Assembly: GCA_035221665.1 (NCBI GenBank)
Contig: CM069144.1
Coordinates: forward strand, 39,308,001 to 39,372,000
Direction: 5' to 3'
DNA length: 64,000 nucleotides
Source: Okamejei kenojei
Taxonomy: Eukaryota
Shown here: piece after piece, positions 58,481 through 64,000 of the stretch
Position numbering within the stretch: position 1 is the first letter of the stretch
Layout: every line of letters starts with the position of its first letter
The notes under the pieces: model-generated
Database searches by the model: none
What the model saw: only the letters and a program-made list of their open reading frames with translations
Told to the model about the DNA's origin: nothing
Made by a program: the position numbers and the translations under genes

Positions 58481-61400
58481 TAAATTAGTTTAAAGTACGA
58501 CTTTCTAATCTGATTAGCAGTCTCACTAACTTTTCCTTGTTGGAGACTATGTAAATGGGAGTGTTTGCTGTGTGCAGCTGTTTGGGAGTGCAGTATTACC
58601 AGTGTTTAGCAATTCTTGCCCTGAGGGTTTGGCATGTGCATTAATTCTTTTGTGGTTGGTTTAATGGACATATCCTGTCGCGTGGATACTGACAAGTTAG
58701 CCGTGTCCAAGACCCACCTGTCTGATGTCAGCACCTGGGAGTATCAAGAACGCTGCAGCTTTGAAGTAATTTATCGAGAGACTGACAGCTGGCAGCAGCT
58801 GTGAGCTCAGTAGAAAAGAGCTAAATGCTCTGAGGGCATCTGATCCAACATCAGCACAATTGTTCAGCATTTTTTGGGAGCAGCACACCTTGACTGGCGG
58901 CGCATTGCGCAAGAAGGCAGGTGTTAGCTGACAGGAGTTGGCACACACACATGCGCACAGGCAGAACTTGCAGACAAAAGCATTTTCTGTAACCCAGTGT
59001 CAAAGGGCATGAGGTGCTTGTGACCAGGGTCTGAGGAAAACAGGGGGTCAGAAACTGAGGGGACAAATGAATGAGCAGCGGGGTGGAAACTGAATAACAC
59101 AGAAGTGCAGTAAATAAACAGAAAAAATAACACAGTACTGCGGTTTGAATCCTGATAATGGGACTAACAAGGGACAAGTAGTGCTATTGCCCCACAAAGG
59201 CCTGGAGCATACATGGAGTGGTAGGCAATGTAAGGAGATAGCCATAGAAACTTAGTCAGGGAATAGGATTTTCTGGGAGTTGGTGAGACTCTATGACACA
59301 ACAAGGCTACTGTCTTCGTTCTATGATTATCTGGAAATGTTATAAAGATTGCAGAGATCTGAGGCGGACAGATCTGGGTGTTCTTGCCCATGACGTTCAA
59401 ATGGCTGGTGCACAGGTGCAGCAAATAATATGGATAGGTTTTCATTTATCACTGGGGAATTGTACACAAAGTATTGAGGTGACACTACAGTTACCTGGGG
59501 CATGGGGAGACCACATATCAGTCGAGTTACTGAGGAAAAATATTAATGAGTTGGAGGTAATTCTGAAACCTGGAATGGGCAGGTTGTCTGATGAGGAAAG
59601 GCTGGACACTGGAGGCATGTATCTACTAGCGTTTAAAAGAGTGAGAAGGGATTTATGTGAAAGTAGCAACTGACCAGTTCCATTTATCTGGGACAGTGGC
59701 CTGAGAGCAAGCCAGAAGGGTAAAAACACGGGAGGAAATGGGATGGAAAACTCATGAACTGCATGACTGAGTGTAAGAAATTGAAGATGGTGGAAGATAC
59801 AATTATGGGAAAACCGGAAACAGTTCATAGATCCTGCAGACTTGTCCTGTCTGTGGTCATCGTCAGATTATAGAGCACCCATGAATAGACAATTCACGTG
59901 CCAGACAATAATGATATCCAACAGGAGAAAATCCCGTGTTTGAGAGTGACCTGTGACACATTAGTAATTTGAGAATATAGCCACTTCCCTCAATTAATGC
60001 CCTGAGCAATGTTACTGCCCGTTTAGCTAATACCATGAGTGGGACGAATGCTATAAATGGTCAACATGGAGAGTCTGCAAATATAAAGTTTTCTTTTTGA
60101 ATTGTTTAGAAAAGTTCTCAGTGGATTTAACCCGTTATCCTTCCAGTCACTGCAATTTGTTGCATCTCTGGACTGAAGGTTTTCAGCAAAGAAAATGTTA
60201 CCAAACATTAATTAAAAAGCAAAACATTCAGCTCTATTTTAAACACATCTCAGTCTGTGAAATTAATTTAATTTGAATTATGTAATGTTAGATTTGTTGA
60301 CTTTAAATCATTTATGTACCCAAGTCCTTTGACAGCCTTTCACTCAGTCACGAGCCAGTGACTGGATTCCTCAGCGTTGAATGAAAATCTGTCTGAAGTA
60401 AATCTGCACAAGTAAACAAGTGACACTGCTCAGAGAGCAGTGTTAGACCCTTGTTTAGTAAAAGATTATGGAACAAGCAAACCATAATGAGGTCAAACTG
60501 AGGTATAGAATTACAGGCACAGCCAGTAGAGCAAGAAACTTTAATTGGCACAACCACTAATCTCATCCTTGCCGACAGACCCAAGTGTGGCAATGCATTT
60601 ATTGGTGAATGTTATTGAGTCAGCACAATAAATGCAAAAACGCAGGGTGCTATGGTGTTACAATTGAAGCACCACTTCTTGCCTGTGTGTGTCATTGGAC
60701 AAAACTGATGTTAACTAATTGTCCACAACGTGCACAGGTAGCTTGGGTAACTCGTGCACTTGACCAGCGTGTCACCGCTCTGCGGAACTGGCAAGTTGTC
60801 AGCTGTTGGACCCAGTCCGGAAACCATAACTCTGTGACCAGTTCCTGCCAATGCTTTGTGATCCCACAGCAGAGTTTGTGTCTGGAAGAGGCCGAGGGCA
60901 AATTGAAATTCATGTTTAGTTATTAATCCACGATGTGGACCATGCAGTTAATGCCAGATTTACTGTCTATCTCTCATTGCTCCTGAATTTAGAAGTTAAC
61001 TATATTATGTGACTTGATTACTGTGAAGATTTACCTCCCTCAGGGCTGACCTTGTTCTCATTGTCTATGCCATGTGAAGTTGTGCTTTTAAAACTGGTTA
61101 GCCTTGGCCAGAGATTACATTTAGGATCTCTTCACTGAACAGTTCAAAACAGAAACACCACCCAACATTCTGCATGTTTACTCAACGGCAGTCTGACCAA
61201 TTATAATACTATTGTTGCCAACACATCTGACCTATACCTGTGTAGCTCAGTTACAAGTTGGCATTGCCAACAGTATCAAACATGTGGTACCCATGTGGCC
61301 ATTGAATTGGCTGTGAAGGTTTACACTCTCCAGATCTCTGAATGAGTTAGTGTGTTAATACAAACCAGCTACATGATTAAATCAACGCACATCAGGCTGC

Positions 61401-61824
61401 AATTAGAGTCACACAGTGTGGAATCATGTCCTTCAGCTCAACGTGCCTACGCCAACCAACATGCCCCATCTACACTAGTCCCACCTGCCCATATCCCTCT
61501 AAGCCTATCCTATCCATATAACTGTCCAAATTTCTCTTAAACATTATGTTAGCACGTGCCTCAACTACTTCGTTCAGCAGCACATTCCATATACCCACCA
61601 CCCTTTTGTGTGAATGCTATAATCTGGAGCAAAAAAACAAACCATTGGAGGGACTCCACTGGTTCGAGTATCTCTGGAGGCAAAACATTTCGGGACAGAA
61701 CCCTACATCGGAATTAATTCAAGGTTTGAGCTCAAGTAGTTAAGGTGATTGCCAAACAGTTTTCTTAGTATTTTCACACCTCCTGCCAGCCTTTCATTTA
61801 TGAACCACACTAGATCCTAAATGT

Positions 61825-61935
61825 AATAAAAAGGAGCTGCAAATGCTGCTTAATACCAAAGATTGACACCCAATGATCTCCAGAGATGCTGCCTGACCTA
61901 TGTTGAGTTACTCCAGCACTTTGCATCTGTCTTTA
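61825..61935. mobile_element. Penelope-derived unit (inverted tail plus direct 3' end)
   Basis: aaggagctgcaaatgctg..agattgacac followed by ccagagatgctgcctgacc..gagttactccagcact. Confidence 0.65.
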
Positions 61936-62014
61936 GGTCCTGAATATGTTGTTTTGCCATATTCACACTCCCTGGATCATTCCAGGCCGGGGTAGAGAAA
62001 CCACAGTTACAACA

Positions 62015-62317
62015 GAGAATAGACAATAGCTGCAGGAGTAGGCCATTCGGCCCTTTGAGCCAGCACCGCCAATCAATGTTATCATGGCTGATCATCCCCA
62101 ATCAGTACCCCGTTCCTGCCTTCTCCCCATATCCCCTGACTCCGCTATTTTTAAGAGCCCTATCTAGCTCTCTCTCTCTATCCAGAGAACCGGCCTCCAC
62201 GCCCTCTGAGGCAGAGAATTCCACAGACTCACTACTCTCTGTGTAAAAAAGTGTTTCCTCATCTCCGTTCTAAATGGCTTGCCCCTTATTCTTAAACTGT
62301 GGCCCCTGGTTCTGGAC
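62015..62317 (-). mobile_element. CR1 3' end
   Basis: tgcaggagtaggccattcggccctttgagcc..gaattccacag..tggcccctggttctggac is the reverse complement of a CR1 tail. Confidence 0.88.
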
Positions 62318-63053
62318 CATGACTGAAACACTCTACACCTCTACCCCCTCGCACACACAGGCAGAGAACCCTGAGAGAACACCTGCTGCTACGATGGATT
62401 TAGGTTTTCTGCAATTGAGAGGTGAAGCATTGATTGCATGCACAGGAGACGGGGCAGGTCAACCACGCAATGTTGACAGTGGGTATATCAGTGACTAGGA
62501 TGCAGCCTCACTGACAGGCAACCTCTCCCCTCCCCAAGCTTCTGCCGCCACGCGCAGCTCGTCGGGAGTTTCTGACACCCGTAATGGAAGGGTAGTACTT
62601 CACATGAAGAAAGTTGTACTCCATTTCATCCTGTGTCTTTACACCAATCCTTTACTCCTACAGACTCTCTGCTTCTGTACACAAGCTTCCAGCCAAGCTC
62701 ATCCGCAGCTTGCAGTGTGTGGAACCTAAACACATTGATACAGTTATCTGAGCTCCTGGTGAAATTGATTATTGACACTGTATGTGCTTGTTACGTTTTA
62801 GCTCAAATACAATGAAGAATGTAGAACAGTAAGCATTGAAACAGACGCTTCGGCCCATAATGTCCGTGCCTATAAGAATATTGAACAGTGCAGTGGAATT
62901 TATAAACTCTTGTACTTTTTGAAATATTGTGTACTAATGCAAGTTGGTGTGATTATCGTTTGTGCTCATTCAGCAACAACGTTGGAGATTCGGCGAATGA
63001 GCTGCTGTCGGTGCTTCTCAATGACCCATCCCTGTCGTTCTCCTTTCCTGCAG

Positions 63054-63240
63054 TATTCTCCAGAGCTGAAGAAGCTGTACTGTCAGATTGCCAAGACTTG
63101 CCCCATCCAGATCAAAGTGATGACGCAGCCACCACAAGGAGCTGTGATCCGAGCCATGCCCGTGTACAAGAAGGCGGAACATGTCACGGAGGTGGTGAAA
63201 CGTTGCCCGAATCATGAGCTCAGCAGGGAGTTCAATGATG
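63054..63240 (+). CDS. TP63: TP63 exon 5 (p53-family DNA-binding domain, including the zinc-binding Cys and His of RCPNH), 187 nt
   Basis: Acceptor ttctcctttcctgcag| then [62 protein letters not shown](G) and donor |gtaatg. Phase 0 to 1, p63-type residues. Confidence 0.98.
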
Positions 63241-64000
63241 GTAATGCCCTGACCGATTCTTTAAATCAGCTTCTGAGAGGTGTTTGGGAATGTTAGGTCA
63301 TTCAGAATGGCACGCACTAGAATGTCTGGAACTTCCAATCACATCCTTTACTTGCACGTCATGTGGAGACCAGACGATGGAGTGCTACTGCTGAAACACA
63401 CCACCTCAAAGGCCAAACGTTGGCAATACTTGCATAGGGACCGCTGTTCATCCAGTAAGTTCCCGTCTCAATAGGTTCAGTCGCACCAAAGCAAATAAGA
63501 CATAGAGTGACTGCTGCTGCTTCAGAACTTGAGGTGGGGCAGAAAATAGTGAAAGGTTTCCAATTCATGATAAATTTTGATGCCATTGACTCCTTACTAT
63601 CAGGTCTGCTCTCCACATGGAGTCACACAAATCATTTTGGGGACATTGAGATTGTGACATTACAGGCTGCACGTACGAGCCCACAGTGTTGCGGATATAA
63701 TCATTGGACACTGAGCAGAAAGTAGTTGATGCTTCGACATTATGTCCACACTAACTCAAGTGCTTACGAAGAGTTTCCAATAGCAAATCAGACTTGACTG
63801 TAGCTGCAGCCAGCGTTTAACCAGTTTGTATAACTACACTGAGGAGAAGTCTTCTGATCCATTGAATGCACGGAGCATGCTGCATGCATGCATTGGAGCC
63901 ACTCCTAAGGCTGTTCTGCCTCTCACCTTAAGCTCTTATTATATCAGGGCAGTTGTAGATTTGATTTTCACAAGCACTGTTTATTGAGGGGAAAATATTA

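Noticed and set aside
58683-58710. tgacaagttagccgtgtcc as a full p63 site (also gcacttgaccagcgtgtc near 60756)
   Set aside because: The CNNG cores are 5 nt apart instead of 6.
37769-63053. miR-944 orthologue
   Set aside because: I could not find the mature miR-944 sequence as I remember it; the 43.2-kb hairpin shows no similarity.
10973-63240. TP73 or TP53 as the gene identity
   Set aside because: The MLYLEN first exon, [12 protein letters not shown] and [12 protein letters not shown] are p63-type.

Overview
Eukaryotic genomic DNA from a vertebrate. The repeat content (CR1 LINEs, V-SINE and Deu-domain SINEs, Penelope-like elements) points to a cartilaginous fish, probably a skate or ray; that assignment is inference. 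The window lies inside TP63 on the + strand. It contains the internal deltaN promoter, the deltaNp63 first coding exon (10973-11014, MLYLENAAQSQYSE, missed by the ORF track), exon 4 (37517-37768, directly after a 136-N gap) and exon 5 (63054-63240, DNA-binding domain), separated by introns of about 26.5 and 25.3 kb. Almost all other listed ORFs are retroelement fragments or chance ORFs. Best second-look items: (1) a candidate in-frame 45-nt cassette exon (34575-34619, YSPPAGQHLSTDGWK) between the deltaN exon and exon 4; (2) a large family of Penelope-derived units carrying a minimal hammerhead-ribozyme core, many of them 90-210 bp insertions with their own 11-16 bp target-site duplications; (3) a 186-bp palindrome in intron 4; (4) a candidate p63 autoregulatory site at 56419; (5) a young PIF/Harbinger-type MITE. 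Boundaries of old repeats are approximate, and all comparisons with other species are from memory, not from a search.
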